A stretch of DNA of 61,489 nt from a virus (taxonomy: Duplodnaviria > Caudoviricetes). Location of the stretch: positions 1 through 61,489 of the IMG/VR virus record IMGVR_UViG_3300025070_000030. The stretch is one strand, 5' to 3'. The notes under the pieces were generated by a model. The model had not been told where the DNA came from. It saw only the letters and a list, made by a program, of their open reading frames with translations, and did not search any database. A program made the translations under genes and the position numbers. Positions 8,400 to 17,891 of this stretch are shown here, one piece after another; position 1 is the stretch's first letter; each line of letters starts with the position of its first letter.

Positions 8400-10102
8400 C
8401 CCAAAGCAATCGCCATTGCTACGGCTGCGTTGTTCGCTTCTGTTACCGCAAAGGCTGTGGTGGCGATAGTTGTGTTGCTAGTCCCGGCAGACTGCGTTGT
8501 GCCTGTAACTGTGCTAGACAAAGAGCCGCCATTGATAGTTGGGCTGGTCAGGGTTTTGTTGGTCAGAGTCTGAGTGCCCGCTAGTGTTGTTACTGTGCTG
8601 TCGATAGCAAATGTAACAGTGTTACTGGACCCGCTGGTATCAATGCCGGTTCCTCCAGTAAAAGTCATAGTCTCGCTGTCAAGGTCAATAGACAACGCTC
8701 CACCACTATCCGCTTGGAAATCCAAATCAGATGCGGTGACCTGTGCGTCTACGTATGTCTTGATAGCTTTTGCAGAAGCAAGGGTGGTATCGGTGCCCGC
8801 TACGGATGACAGGTCAGTATCCAGAACACCAGACTTTAGGTTGTCCACTTCAATGTTGCTAACGGTGTTGTTGTCAGCATCAATGGTCTTGTTTGTAAGG
8901 GTGTCTGATGTTGCGCGACCTACAAGGGTATCTGTATCAGTAGGCAGGGTAATCGTCCCTGAGTTGCTAATGCTGCTAATTACAGGAGTTGTAAGGGTCT
9001 TGTTAGTAAGAGTCTGCGAACCTGCCAGTGTTGTAACGGTTGAGTCAATGGCAAAAGTAACGGCGTTACCTGAACCGCTTGTGTCGATTCCTGTACCACC
9101 AGTAAAGGTCATCGTTTCACTGTCGAGGTCAATCGACAACGCCCCGCCACTATCGGCTTGGAAGTCAAGGTCTTGTGCAGTTACTTGGCTGTCAACGTAC
9201 GCCTTGATAGACTGCTGCGTAGCCAGATGACTTGCGCTGTCTGATGACATATCATCTTCATCTTTGATAGACGTGCCAGATATGCTGCCGTTAAGAACTG
9301 CAGAAGTAAGAGTTTTGTTTGTTAGCGTGTCTGTAGTAGCACGTCCTACAAGTGTGTCTGTGCTAGTCGGCAGCGTAATCGTTCCGGAGTTGCTGATTGT
9401 AGCAATCACTGGAGCGGTCAAAGTTTTGTTGGTTAGAGTTTGCGAACCTGCAAGGGTTGTTACAGTAGAATCAATAGCAAAAGTAACGGCATTGCCGGAG
9501 CCGCTAGTGTCAATACCGGTACCACCAGTGAATGTGAGTGTTTCGCTGTCCAAGTCGATAGAGAGTGCGCCACCGGAATCCGCTTGGAAGTCAAGGTCTT
9601 CTGCTGTGAGTTGTGTATCGACGTAGGCTTTGATGGACTGTTGTGTGGCAAGCGCAGTAGCACTGTTAGACGACATGTTGTCTTCGTCTAGGATGTCCGT
9701 GACGGTTGTAGTCGGCATCGCAATGCTGTCTACATTTGCAACGCCGTCAATATACAGGTCTTTGAACTGCTTGCTAGACGCACCCAAGTCAATATCGTTA
9801 TTAGTTGTCGGCTCAACTACGCCGTCTTTGATAACAAGTTGTTCTACAGATGAACTAGATACGTCAATTGAAAATTCGATCTGATTGTTGGGGTTGTCGA
9901 TAACGACTTTGTTGAGTGGCGTGGTCTCTCCCGGATCACCAATGAGTCCAATGACCGGACCCTCGCCTGCCGTGCCATCGTGCTTGTGACCAGTAGTATT
10001 AACAAACGAAGCTAAAAGCTGGTTAAATTCGTCATTGGAATCTGCTGCATCAATAACGTCGCCATCAACGTAGGTTGACTGCCGTGCGGAATATCCTGCC
10101 AT
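8396..10102 (-). CDS. Proximal tail fibre with three long internal repeats
   Basis: GHKHDG motif; 3x DLDFQADSGGALSIDLDSET...TLTNKTLT; C-terminal AVAMAIALG. Confidence 0.8.
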   Translation of the reverse strand: MAGYSARQSTYVDGDVIDAADSNDEFNQLLASFVNTTGHKHDGTAGEGPVIGLIGDPGETTPLNKVVIDNPNNQIEFSIDVSSSSVEQLVIKDGVVEPTTNNDIDLGASSKQFKDLYIDGVANVDSIAMPTTTVTDILDEDNMSSNSATALATQQSIKAYVDTQLTAEDLDFQADSGGALSIDLDSETLTFTGGTGIDTSGSGNAVTFAIDSTVTTLAGSQTLTNKTLTAPVIATISNSGTITLPTSTDTLVGRATTDTLTNKTLTSAVLNGSISGTSIKDEDDMSSDSASHLATQQSIKAYVDSQVTAQDLDFQADSGGALSIDLDSETMTFTGGTGIDTSGSGNAVTFAIDSTVTTLAGSQTLTNKTLTTPVISSISNSGTITLPTDTDTLVGRATSDTLTNKTIDADNNTVSNIEVDNLKSGVLDTDLSSVAGTDTTLASAKAIKTYVDAQVTASDLDFQADSGGALSIDLDSETMTFTGGTGIDTSGSSNTVTFAIDSTVTTLAGTQTLTNKTLTSPTINGGSLSSTVTGTTQSAGTSNTTIATTAFAVTEANNAAVAMAIALG

Positions 10103-11635
10103 TTAACGTCTCCCTCCCGGAGTAAATTCTAATTGATAGCCCTTGATTGAAAAGGGTGCGAGACCGCTACGGTCATCTACACGCACACCCACTGTAAATC
10201 CGCCGCCCTCTACAGACTGACGTACCAGAGGTGCGCCTGACGATCCATACACCGCAGTGCCATACTTACTGATTGGATCACCGTAGATGGCTGCACTACC
10301 GCCCGTAGCCAAAGCGTACTGAGCAGGCTGTGGCACGTCGGAAGAGTTAAAATCATATCTGATCCTGAAGTTAGAATCGACAGTGCCTTCGTTTTCGTAG
10401 TTCCAGATAATTCGCTGCATCAACTTGCGAATACCTGCATCTCCCATGTTCAAGTCAGGAGAACGATATCGTGCGGGTATATTAGTGCCATCAAAGCTGT
10501 TGCCATCATCGTGCTTGTACACGTATCCGTCGTGACCGCCGTGAACGATTGTTTCGGTGTTATCTATGAAGCCGGAAGCCATGCAGGCGGGTTTGATGCC
10601 CTGCAAGTCAGCGTACTCAAACCCCATGCCGCCGCCTTCTGCTGCCTGTTTCATTACGGCAGCTACGCCATTTGCTCCCGTCTCTACGGTAGCGTCCGCA
10701 GCAAAAAAAAGGCGGTACTGACTCTTGTTACGAATAACAGTAGAAGAAATTCTGTCGAGGCTGATATTAGTGAGCAGGAGTCTGTCCTGTATCTGCTTCG
10801 ATACGGTACCAAGTTCTACGTCTCCGATGCGGGCCGTACCAGCAAGAGTGCGAAGCCCGTCCGGAGCGAGATATATGATGTCACCACCAAGTTCTTGAAT
10901 GCTGTGCTGGCTTACGCAACCGATTCTGCGAGTTACGGGCTGCAGTTGAAAGTCAGCAATGGACGTGCCGGTAAGTTGATGAATTTGATCTTCACAAAAA
11001 ATAAACAACGAGTTACGAAAAGTAACTAGCTGTACGACTGCACTGTCTACCTTGATAGACCCTGCGCCGTTTGCTGCAGAAAAATCTGTTTCGCTAAAGG
11101 GTGCAGAAAACACGATCTCTTGGGGGTTAGATGACATGCCCGCAAAGAACATGTGATTCTTGTGTAAGGCTACCGTAGAGGGATCAGCAGGTGCGCCAGT
11201 AGTGTTTACAGCAGTAACGGAACTGTTATTAAATATAGCAGCGTTATTAACGCCGTCTACATAGATTATCTTTTCAGTGTTGTCAAAATTGTACGTAACA
11301 AAACTGTATCTTTCTGCATTGGTACGGCCTGTCTGAATAGCAGTCCACGATCCAGTCGTGCCACCCTTAAATACCTTTTCTCCCCGCGCAGCAATAATGT
11401 TGCCCTTGTATATTGCTACACCAAGAACCTTTTCTGTGGATGCGCTTGTCTGGGGTACAATATTGGAATTGTACTTAGAAAAACCATTAATACGACGGTA
11501 ACCACCCGAAATATCTGGCTCAAAATTGATAAGTTCAAGGGCCGCACCGGGAGGCATGGAAAACGAGTCCCTGTTGAGAATGAGTCCACCATTTAGCTTT
11601 ACAACAAAGGGACTTAATAGAGAAGTATCTGGCAT
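10103..11635 (-). CDS. Tail nozzle / tubular protein B-like
   Basis: Beta-rich 510 aa directly downstream of the adaptor gene; podovirus synteny. Confidence 0.7.
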   Translation of the reverse strand: MPDTSLLSPFVVKLNGGLILNRDSFSMPPGAALELINFEPDISGGYRRINGFSKYNSNIVPQTSASTEKVLGVAIYKGNIIAARGEKVFKGGTTGSWTAIQTGRTNAERYSFVTYNFDNTEKIIYVDGVNNAAIFNNSSVTAVNTTGAPADPSTVALHKNHMFFAGMSSNPQEIVFSAPFSETDFSAANGAGSIKVDSAVVQLVTFRNSLFIFCEDQIHQLTGTSIADFQLQPVTRRIGCVSQHSIQELGGDIIYLAPDGLRTLAGTARIGDVELGTVSKQIQDRLLLTNISLDRISSTVIRNKSQYRLFFAADATVETGANGVAAVMKQAAEGGGMGFEYADLQGIKPACMASGFIDNTETIVHGGHDGYVYKHDDGNSFDGTNIPARYRSPDLNMGDAGIRKLMQRIIWNYENEGTVDSNFRIRYDFNSSDVPQPAQYALATGGSAAIYGDPISKYGTAVYGSSGAPLVRQSVEGGGFTVGVRVDDRSGLAPFSIKGYQLEFTPGGRR

Positions 11636-12297
11636 TAGACGGCTCTCATGTAGTCCTTGCGATTAATCAGTTCGATACGCATACGAGACAATCCTTCTGT
11701 GTAATCTCGCAATGCAAGCTGTGAGAATTGTACGTCGGATCGTAGCATGTGTGCGTAGTACCTAGCGCGATTTACAATAACGTCGTGAAATCTTTCTGGA
11801 ATAGTAGGCGTGTCTGTGTTTGCGGACATGTCGGTGACTGTCTTATAGTAGTAGTACCTAACGGTGTAGGTGGACACGTCTGGTACAGGAGACAATCCTA
11901 GCTTTTGGTCAGGCGTTTTATAAATAAACTCCGGCAGGGCACGTGAACCCGTGTCAGGATTTGTATCGGCCTCATTGTGTCGATCTAAATACTCATTAAA
12001 TGAAAGATACCTTAGTTTTTTTTCTGCTGTTGATGCGGATTCTTGTACAGTAAAGCTGTCATAATTAACAGTCTTCGCATCTGATTCTCTGGCGTACTCT
12101 GCTGTTCCTGCAGTAGTTGTGAAAGATTGGCTAACAACGGTAAACGGCCACTCGACTTCAGAGTTGATAATGTCACGTTGAGCCTTGTTGATAAAATCAG
12201 AAACAGATGTTTGTATACCCCTAGTCGAAGCCACGTTAGTGATTTCAACCTCGTTGATCTCTCGAAGAACAGCATTGCAGAGTTGGAGATAGTTCAT
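11635..12297 (-). CDS. Tail adaptor / tubular protein A-like
   Basis: MNYLQLCNAVLREINE...WPF...P.PD..Y...DTPTIPERFH pattern. Confidence 0.75.
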   Translation of the reverse strand: MNYLQLCNAVLREINEVEITNVASTRGIQTSVSDFINKAQRDIINSEVEWPFTVVSQSFTTTAGTAEYARESDAKTVNYDSFTVQESASTAEKKLRYLSFNEYLDRHNEADTNPDTGSRALPEFIYKTPDQKLGLSPVPDVSTYTVRYYYYKTVTDMSANTDTPTIPERFHDVIVNRARYYAHMLRSDVQFSQLALRDYTEGLSRMRIELINRKDYMRAV

Positions 12298-12300
12298 GTC

Positions 12301-12660
12301 TTACCTGTGAGGTTCATAAAATTCTTCGGCAGCAACGACGACTGTCAAAGTGTCAGCAGTACCTGCAGCTACGATAATCTTGTCACCCGCGTGGCAGTAG
12401 AGAGGTTTGTCTACTGTAAAAAGTGATTCAGAACCCTTGCCTGTCACTGCGTGGGACGAAAACAATGTGTATGTAGTCGAAGTATTAGCTTCGTGAAACT
12501 TTAGAGTGTAGTTACGATTACTAGAATCGCTGTTGGTTATCAGGACGTGTTCAATGTGAGACGAAAAGTTTGCCGGAACAACGTAGCAATCCGTATCATT
12601 CGTATTTGTCAACGCTTTTGCTTGGGTAACAAACTTGGAGCCTCCATTTAATACTGGCAT
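12301..12660 (-). CDS. Small virion structural protein
   Basis: Beta-rich 119 aa in the tail operon. Confidence 0.6.
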   Translation of the reverse strand: MPVLNGGSKFVTQAKALTNTNDTDCYVVPANFSSHIEHVLITNSDSSNRNYTLKFHEANTSTTYTLFSSHAVTGKGSESLFTVDKPLYCHAGDKIIVAAGTADTLTVVVAAEEFYEPHR

Positions 12661-12672
12661 ATCTAGTACCCG

Positions 12673-12879
12673 TTAAGTTTCGCTATGAAGAACTTCAAGC
12701 GCATCCAGCTTGTCTTGAGCATCTGCCCAGTTTGCGACTGCCTTGTCCATTTCCTCAAGCAACTGCGGATGTTCACCGATAGCCGCCGGATTGTTTGTGT
12801 AATTTGCGTATACAAATAGCGCATCTTTTTTTTGAGCCTCGTACTTGTGCTTCAGGGCTTCGTAGGCAAGTCGTTTCAT
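12673..12879 (-). CDS. Hypothetical protein (likely start MKRLAY)
   Basis: GGGAGA RBS before the second Met; NPAAIGEHP motif. Confidence 0.65.
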   Translation of the reverse strand: MKRLAYEALKHKYEAQKKDALFVYANYTNNPAAIGEHPQLLEEMDKAVANWADAQDKLDALEVLHSET

Positions 12880-12898
12880 GTCTGTCTCCCTGTTAGTC

Positions 12899-12927
12899 AT
12901 TATACACCTATTTATTTAAATTAGCAA
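12899..12927 (-). promoter_or_regulatory. Sigma70-type promoter
   Basis: TTGCTA-17 nt-TATAAT, with TG just upstream of the -10. Confidence 0.75.
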
Positions 12928-12930
12928 GAA

Positions 12931-13626
12931 TTATTTTCTTGACTTTTCGATTGCTTCGAATGTTTCGCGCATTGTGGGAGGTTTTTCGTTTTTGGGGTCG
13001 TACTTGCACTGTATCTCTTTGGGAAAGAATTCGTGAAAGTCTATCCAGACTTGATCTACGGTGTTGTTGGCTCCGTGATATATACAGACTCGTTGGTTGT
13101 CTATCTTAGTGCAGCCCTTGAGCCTACAGGTTACATACTCTGGGTCTGCAGCGTTAGCAACTGTGCCTTTGAGAAACAAAACAAAACCGAAAAGAAGACC
13201 TATACCAAAAGTAACCATGACTATCCATGCTACAATCTCTACAAACTTGTGCCTACGTTGCCGTTGTTTGTATAATGTTTCTTGGCGTTGCTTGCGAATC
13301 TGGCCTTCCATGCGAACAAGTTCGTCCCACTTGGACTTACCCATCGTCATGCCAATCCAGTTTTGTAACTCTCTGCGCTGGCTTTCTGCCTTTTGTTTGG
13401 CAGCAAACGTCTCCATCGCTTCTTGTTCTACAGACTTACCGGCAAACAGCTTTTTAAAGATAGGAGGGTTTTTTGCCTCTTTCTCCAGCATGTCCAAATC
13501 AGACATGGCACCCATCCAGCGGGACAGATCAGAGGCCATTGCCTCAATATCACGTCCTACTTGAAAGCCCTTTTTGATTGCACCGAATGCAGCCGATGCG
13601 GTAGCCATCGCGCTAATGGGGTCCAT
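12931..13626 (-). CDS. Membrane protein with C-terminal Cys-rich domain (start MDPISAM)
   Basis: ATG overlaps the stop of the upstream gene; TM helix then a four-Cys domain. Confidence 0.75.
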   Translation of the reverse strand: MDPISAMATASAAFGAIKKGFQVGRDIEAMASDLSRWMGAMSDLDMLEKEAKNPPIFKKLFAGKSVEQEAMETFAAKQKAESQRRELQNWIGMTMGKSKWDELVRMEGQIRKQRQETLYKQRQRRHKFVEIVAWIVMVTFGIGLLFGFVLFLKGTVANAADPEYVTCRLKGCTKIDNQRVCIYHGANNTVDQVWIDFHEFFPKEIQCKYDPKNEKPPTMRETFEAIEKSRK

Positions 13627-13817
13627 CAGTATACCTTTACGTTGCCGTCTGTTATGAACTTCGGCACACAATATGCCGTTATTAGGTTGCCTTGTTTGTG
13701 TAGGGTTTGTGCGTACCAAACGCACTCTCGTAGGTCTTTGAAGTGCATGTCCTTGCTGACCAGCTTCTTGTCATCTCCTACGCCTACGAAAACAAAAAGA
13801 AGAAAAACATGTACCAT
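13626..13817 (-). CDS. Small two-Cys protein
   Basis: FKDLREC...ITAYCVP; homologue of 1207..1389. Confidence 0.7.
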   Translation of the reverse strand: MVHVFLLFVFVGVGDDKKLVSKDMHFKDLRECVWYAQTLHKQGNLITAYCVPKFITDGNVKVY

Positions 13818-13821
13818 TGAT

Positions 13822-14025
13822 TTAGGTAAAAGCTACAGGCTTACCCTTTTTCATAAGTTCTATAGCCTTTTTGGAGGGACGATCTGGACGAGTTATGCCT
13901 TTTCTACGAGTTGGGTACGGTCCACGTCTGTTTTTAATACCCTGCTGCATATCATGCCGTATGCTTCCCTGATCATAGCTTAAAGTTTTTTCAGCACTTT
14001 CTTCTGCAGGTCTACCTCTAGCCAT
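13822..14025 (-). CDS. Small basic protein (likely start MARGRP)
   Basis: GGAG RBS before the ATG at 14025. Confidence 0.6.
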   Translation of the reverse strand: MARGRPAEESAEKTLSYDQGSIRHDMQQGIKNRRGPYPTRRKGITRPDRPSKKAIELMKKGKPVAFT

Positions 14026-14269
14026 ACGTTTTTTCTCCACTGCCATGTGCCTTACGAGGCTGCGACTTAGAATACACCTTACCACCCATAGCCTGTTTTC
14101 TACGCATACCGTCAAACATACCCGCACCCTCAAATTGATGGAGAGAGTCAATCAGCACGTCTCTGTCAAGAACTTTACCATCCTTGTCTTTACCCGAAAA
14201 ACCTACGCTACGTGCAATAGAGAGTAGTTCACGGGTACTCATTTTTTCAAAAAATTCTAAAGACATCAA
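14018..14269 (-). CDS. Hypothetical protein
   Basis: ATGA overlap with the lysozyme stop; ends QAMGG...PRKAHGSGEK. Confidence 0.65.
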   Translation of the reverse strand: MMSLEFFEKMSTRELLSIARSVGFSGKDKDGKVLDRDVLIDSLHQFEGAGMFDGMRRKQAMGGKVYSKSQPRKAHGSGEKTYG

Positions 14270-14751
14270 AACTCTCCTGACTTCATTGCATCAGACAACT
14301 TCTTGGCCCGCGACTTTACTTGACGTGCCCAGCGGGAGTCCATCATCTCAATGCTGGCAGCATCAAAGTTGTTCTCGTGTATTGCATTCCACATCTTCTT
14401 GAACTTGCAGAGACGAGGCACACCCATGTTAAATGCCATGTCCATCAAGATAAGCTGGCGTACAGCATCTAAATCTTTGACGCAGGGATGTACCTGACAC
14501 AACTCGTTCTCTACAATCTTGATGTCGTTCATGGCAAGGTAACGTGCGTCTGCCTCACTAATACCGTTGGTGTACACGATGGCCATGTTAGGGATGTCCA
14601 TGTATTCCAGTTCTTCTGGGCTGATACCTCTGTCTTTGAGGTTGCGACCTATACCTATAGTCTCTATGCCCAAACTGTCTTCGTACACGGTAAGCACCAT
14701 GCCCTCGTGTTCGATTAGTTTGTCCAAGAAGTGTGATGCGTTGTACTTCAT
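14266..14751 (-). CDS. Endolysin, T4-lysozyme-like (GH24)
   Basis: HEG....YEDSLG.ETIGIG (E-D-T triad), MAFNMG, SRWARQVKSRA. Confidence 0.9.
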   Translation of the reverse strand: MKYNASHFLDKLIEHEGMVLTVYEDSLGIETIGIGRNLKDRGISPEELEYMDIPNMAIVYTNGISEADARYLAMNDIKIVENELCQVHPCVKDLDAVRQLILMDMAFNMGVPRLCKFKKMWNAIHENNFDAASIEMMDSRWARQVKSRAKKLSDAMKSGEF

Positions 14752-14900
14752 TTTTTGTGTACCTTTTGTACGTCAAAAGACGCACGGGTTGATGCGCCTT
14801 TGTGTGGCTTGTATCCACCGGGAGGGTTTTTCATAAGTTTAAAAGTCTTACCGGATTTCATCCAGTGAAAGCCCTTTGGGGCTGGTACTGACTTCTTCAT
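14748..14900 (-). CDS. Small basic protein (50 aa, not in ORF track)
   Basis: MKKSVPAPKGFHWMKSGKTFKLMKNPPGGYKPHKGAS...; AGGAG RBS; ATGA coupling to the lysozyme. Confidence 0.7.
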   Translation of the reverse strand: MKKSVPAPKGFHWMKSGKTFKLMKNPPGGYKPHKGASTRASFDVQKVHKK

Positions 14901-14909
14901 TATTATCTC

Positions 14910-15116
14910 CTAATGCTTTTCATGTCCCAACCACACCGCAAATGCACCGGTCATGGCCCCCGTGACTACACTTACTAGACCTGCTTGTGCGTTTGTCGGA
15001 TCGGGCAGAGTCATAAACCACTCCACTACTCTCCACGCTGATACAGACATCATTAGCATCATCAAGCGGGGTAGTATCTTCCACTTGAGAAACCGTTCCA
15101 TTGTGACTTCGGCCAT
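14910..15116 (-). CDS. Two-TM holin-like membrane protein
   Basis: Two hydrophobic helices in the lysis cluster. Confidence 0.65.
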   Translation of the reverse strand: MAEVTMERFLKWKILPRLMMLMMSVSAWRVVEWFMTLPDPTNAQAGLVSVVTGAMTGAFAVWLGHEKH

Positions 15117-15242
15117 GTTGCATTCCTTACTTGCACAGGTCTTCGTATTTAGTCGAGTGCAATCTGTGCCGCGACAAGTCTCCTACGTAGTCAGGAGTAA
15201 TCACGTGCTTAAATACGGCGTTTAAAATCTTTTTTATCAAGG

Positions 15243-15632
15243 TCATTTTTTTCCAAAGAATTTTGTTGCGCTGCGGACTCCAAAGCTTGCAGCAACAATA
15301 ACGCCCAAGCTGTACTGGTACCATTCAGGCATTTGCTCCAGTTGTTGAAATCCATGTGATACGACATCTTCCATTCCGGGTATAAAGGCTAGTATTAGTG
15401 GTACAGAAAACAAGATGACTAGCCATTCATCTTTCCACGAGTTTTGGGCACCCTTGATTGCTTCTAAATCCCAGTCAATCTCACCCGTCGCCTTTTTTTC
15501 CATAATAGCCGCTTCAGCTTTGGACGTTGCGACCTTCGCCATAGTCTTTGCTTTTTTTGTTTCAACCGTTCCTTCAAGCCACGTACCTGCTAGTTGTGTG
15601 ATTGGTCCGATAAGTAGGTTTAGCATTTCCAC
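15243..15632 (-). CDS. Holin (3TM, GTA-holin-like)
   Basis: SWKDEW...PEWYQY...ASFGVRS pattern; upstream of the endolysin. Confidence 0.7.
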   Translation of the reverse strand: MEMLNLLIGPITQLAGTWLEGTVETKKAKTMAKVATSKAEAAIMEKKATGEIDWDLEAIKGAQNSWKDEWLVILFSVPLILAFIPGMEDVVSHGFQQLEQMPEWYQYSLGVIVAASFGVRSATKFFGKK

Positions 15633-15904
15633 CTCTTTCGTGCTTGACGCAAACGGCTGTTAGGATTCTTTGCAGCTTTGGGAAACTTTTTCATCTGCCC
15701 AGCAGAGCGGGCACAAAATGACTTACGCCGCTTGGCTGCTTTACTTCCGGGTTTTACTTTGCCGGTAACCGCTGTCTTTAGTTTGCTGCCGGGATTCTTG
15801 CGTCGATACGCTTTTACCCCGGCCTCTGTCATACCTGCGCCCTTCTTTGTAGGACGAAAGTTCTTTTTGTTGCGGGCTGGCATTTTATCAGGCTTTCTTG
15901 CCAC
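15620..15904 (-). CDS. Small basic protein
   Basis: GAGMT..G..AYRRKNPGSKL...RRKSFCARS...RWKC. Confidence 0.7.
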   Translation of the reverse strand: MARKPDKMPARNKKNFRPTKKGAGMTEAGVKAYRRKNPGSKLKTAVTGKVKPGSKAAKRRKSFCARSAGQMKKFPKAAKNPNSRLRQARKRWKC

Positions 15905-16136
15905 TGGCCTTTTTCCTTTTTCTACCTGAAGCCGTTACAGACCAGTTCACTCTGCGTGGTCCGGTCTTCTTTGATGCTTCTTTTTTTGTAATGCGCTTTG
16001 CAACTTTGGCTGGTCTACAGGCAGGATAGGGACGCTTCTTCTTTTCAGAACCAGAACGACCACACTTCTTGCCGGTCTTTACATCCCGCCAGTCCTCTTT
16101 GAACCACTTTGTTAAACCGCCCTTTGGTTTAGCCAT
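15888..16136 (-). CDS. Small basic protein (likely start MAKPKGG)
   Basis: GLTKWFKEDW...CGR...YPACRP. Confidence 0.7.
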   Translation of the reverse strand: MAKPKGGLTKWFKEDWRDVKTGKKCGRSGSEKKKRPYPACRPAKVAKRITKKEASKKTGPRRVNWSVTASGRKRKKASGKKA

Positions 16137-16138
16137 AC

Positions 16139-16315
16139 CTAGTACGTTCCACCACGCTTCTTGTATGTACGAACAAGCCAAGCATTTGCATATGCTGACG
16201 GGTAAACATCGAACTTACGCTTTGCTTCTGCTTTCACACGAGCGTACAACGCTTTGTTTTTAGGTGTTGCGCCCTTTGATTTCTTCTTTGGTTTAGCTGG
16301 TGCCTTAGGTGCCAT
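16139..16315 (-). CDS. Small basic protein (58 aa, not in ORF track)
   Basis: MAPKAPAKPKKKSKGATPKNKALYARVKAEAKRKFDVYPSAYANAWLVRTYKKRGGTY; GGGGGA RBS. Confidence 0.7.
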   Translation of the reverse strand: MAPKAPAKPKKKSKGATPKNKALYARVKAEAKRKFDVYPSAYANAWLVRTYKKRGGTY

Positions 16316-16341
16316 GGGTATATCCCCCGCAAAGGTTATTG

Positions 16342-16370
16342 CTTATAACATAAATTGAGTAAAGAGTCAA
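16342..16370 (-). promoter_or_regulatory. Sigma70-type promoter for the lysis cluster
   Basis: TTGACT-17 nt-TATAAG. Confidence 0.7.
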
Positions 16371-16392
16371 GGGGGCAAGTTGCCCTGCCCCC
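16361..16392 (-). terminator. Intrinsic terminator after the capsid genes
   Basis: GGGGGCAG-loop-TTGCCCCC hairpin followed by TTGACTCTTT. Confidence 0.75.
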
Positions 16393-16402
16393 AAGAGTAT
16401 TA

Positions 16403-16870
16403 TTATGTTCCTGTAGAAACTGTAGCAGATTCTACGGGGTTCTGCGACACGTCACATACAACAGCGTGTACACGGAAACGCAGTGCAGTTGTTCCAGATG
16501 ATCCGGAATCAAGCACAGTAACTTGAACAGAGTCAGCAGAAGTGACCATGTTGGTCGCCGCAGCCTTCAGGTTGAACTGAAGGAGTGCAGCAGCGTTACT
16601 TGCGCCACCGTCAACGAATGCGTCAACGTCAGCGCTGGTGCCTACGTCAAGCGTCACGGAGGCGTTGCCCGAAGCCTCAAGGACTTCCAGACAACCACCG
16701 ATTACCATTGTATCTGCAGGCAGATCAATCATCTTGACGATATCAGCCCCAGCAAGGGACGTGTTATCAACCGCGTCGTAAACCGGAGAGGTGATAACAT
16801 ACGGGCGAGGCAGGTTAGCCGGATGACCAACGGTTCCTCCACCGGTAATGGTACGATCATAAGTAGCCAT
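16403..16870 (-). CDS. Capsid decoration/cement protein
   Basis: Beta-rich 155 aa directly after the MCP and before the terminator. Confidence 0.65.
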   Translation of the reverse strand: MATYDRTITGGGTVGHPANLPRPYVITSPVYDAVDNTSLAGADIVKMIDLPADTMVIGGCLEVLEASGNASVTLDVGTSADVDAFVDGGASNAAALLQFNLKAAATNMVTSADSVQVTVLDSGSSGTTALRFRVHAVVCDVSQNPVESATVSTGT

Positions 16871-16884
16871 TTATATATCTCCCC

Positions 16885-17862
16885 TTACGCAAAGTCGATG
16901 ACGCCGCGAACGACAGCTTCTGGGCGCAGAACTTTGCGACCAAAAACGTGCAGACCACGAATAACGTCAGAGAACGACTCAGTTGAACGAACCACTTCGG
17001 TCTTAGCAATGTGCGAAGCAGTGGAGGTGGACGACATGTGACCAGCGAGAATTACATTCTCAGAGGCGTCAGTTGCCACACCAGACAGAGTTACCTGATC
17101 GGTACCTGCTGTTGAGTTAAGCGCAGTAGACTTGTAACAGCGGAAACCAGCAAGGGTACCCGGAATAGCAAGACCGTTACGCAGTGGAGAAGTAGCGTCA
17201 CCAGTTACCTGAACTTCAGCCATCTTGTTTCCGGCTTGGAACATCTTCTCGTAGAAGATTGGTGGTGCTACAAACCAACGATTCTCTTCTGGCACAGACT
17301 GATCGTCCAGTGTACGTGCCATCAGCAGCATCAGGTTGATGCCAGCATCGTCAGTTTCTACGTTGATAGGAGCGGATGCAGTACCCAACGCACTGTTTGT
17401 AGTGGTAAGACCACCTGACAGTGAAGCGTCGTCAGCACCAGCGATACCTGCGCCATCAGAGATAGCTTGCAGGACGTTTGCATCGTACTTACGCTTCAGA
17501 GCAAATGCACCTGATGAGGTAGCAAGTGCTTCAAAGTTTACGTGCGAATGCCGCTCTTCGATGTCGTCAATCTTAAACGCGAAAGCGTTTGCGTTATCGA
17601 CAACCATCGTGATTTGATCGTCAGCCAAGTCTTGTGCGTTTACGACGGAACCCCGTGTATACGAACTGACTGTGACTGTTGGTTCTTTGATGATGCGAAC
17701 CGTGTCGCCAAAGTTTTCAATTTCGCCCGCGTAGTCGGTGTTTGTAATATCTTCTACAACCGAAGCACGACGGAAGAACTTGAGAACCTTTTGGCTAAAG
17801 ATTTCCGGTGCGAAGTTACCGGAAGGCAGGTTACCATAACCTGCAGCAGTACCAAATGCCAT
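16885..17862 (-). CDS. Major capsid protein
   Basis: NLPSGNF.PEIFS.KV...ITNTDYAGEIENFGDTVRI...RGLHVFGRKVLRPEA. Confidence 0.9.
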   Translation of the reverse strand: MAFGTAAGYGNLPSGNFAPEIFSQKVLKFFRRASVVEDITNTDYAGEIENFGDTVRIIKEPTVTVSSYTRGSVVNAQDLADDQITMVVDNANAFAFKIDDIEERHSHVNFEALATSSGAFALKRKYDANVLQAISDGAGIAGADDASLSGGLTTTNSALGTASAPINVETDDAGINLMLLMARTLDDQSVPEENRWFVAPPIFYEKMFQAGNKMAEVQVTGDATSPLRNGLAIPGTLAGFRCYKSTALNSTAGTDQVTLSGVATDASENVILAGHMSSTSTASHIAKTEVVRSTESFSDVIRGLHVFGRKVLRPEAVVRGVIDFA

Positions 17863-17891
17863 TGGTTCTTTTCCTTCCCTCTGTTTGAGGA

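Noticed and set aside
8574-9884. Long plus-strand ORFs opposite the fibre genes (and similar antisense ORFs elsewhere)
   Set aside because: Shadow frames of repetitive, codon-biased genes; no RBS or recognisable motifs.
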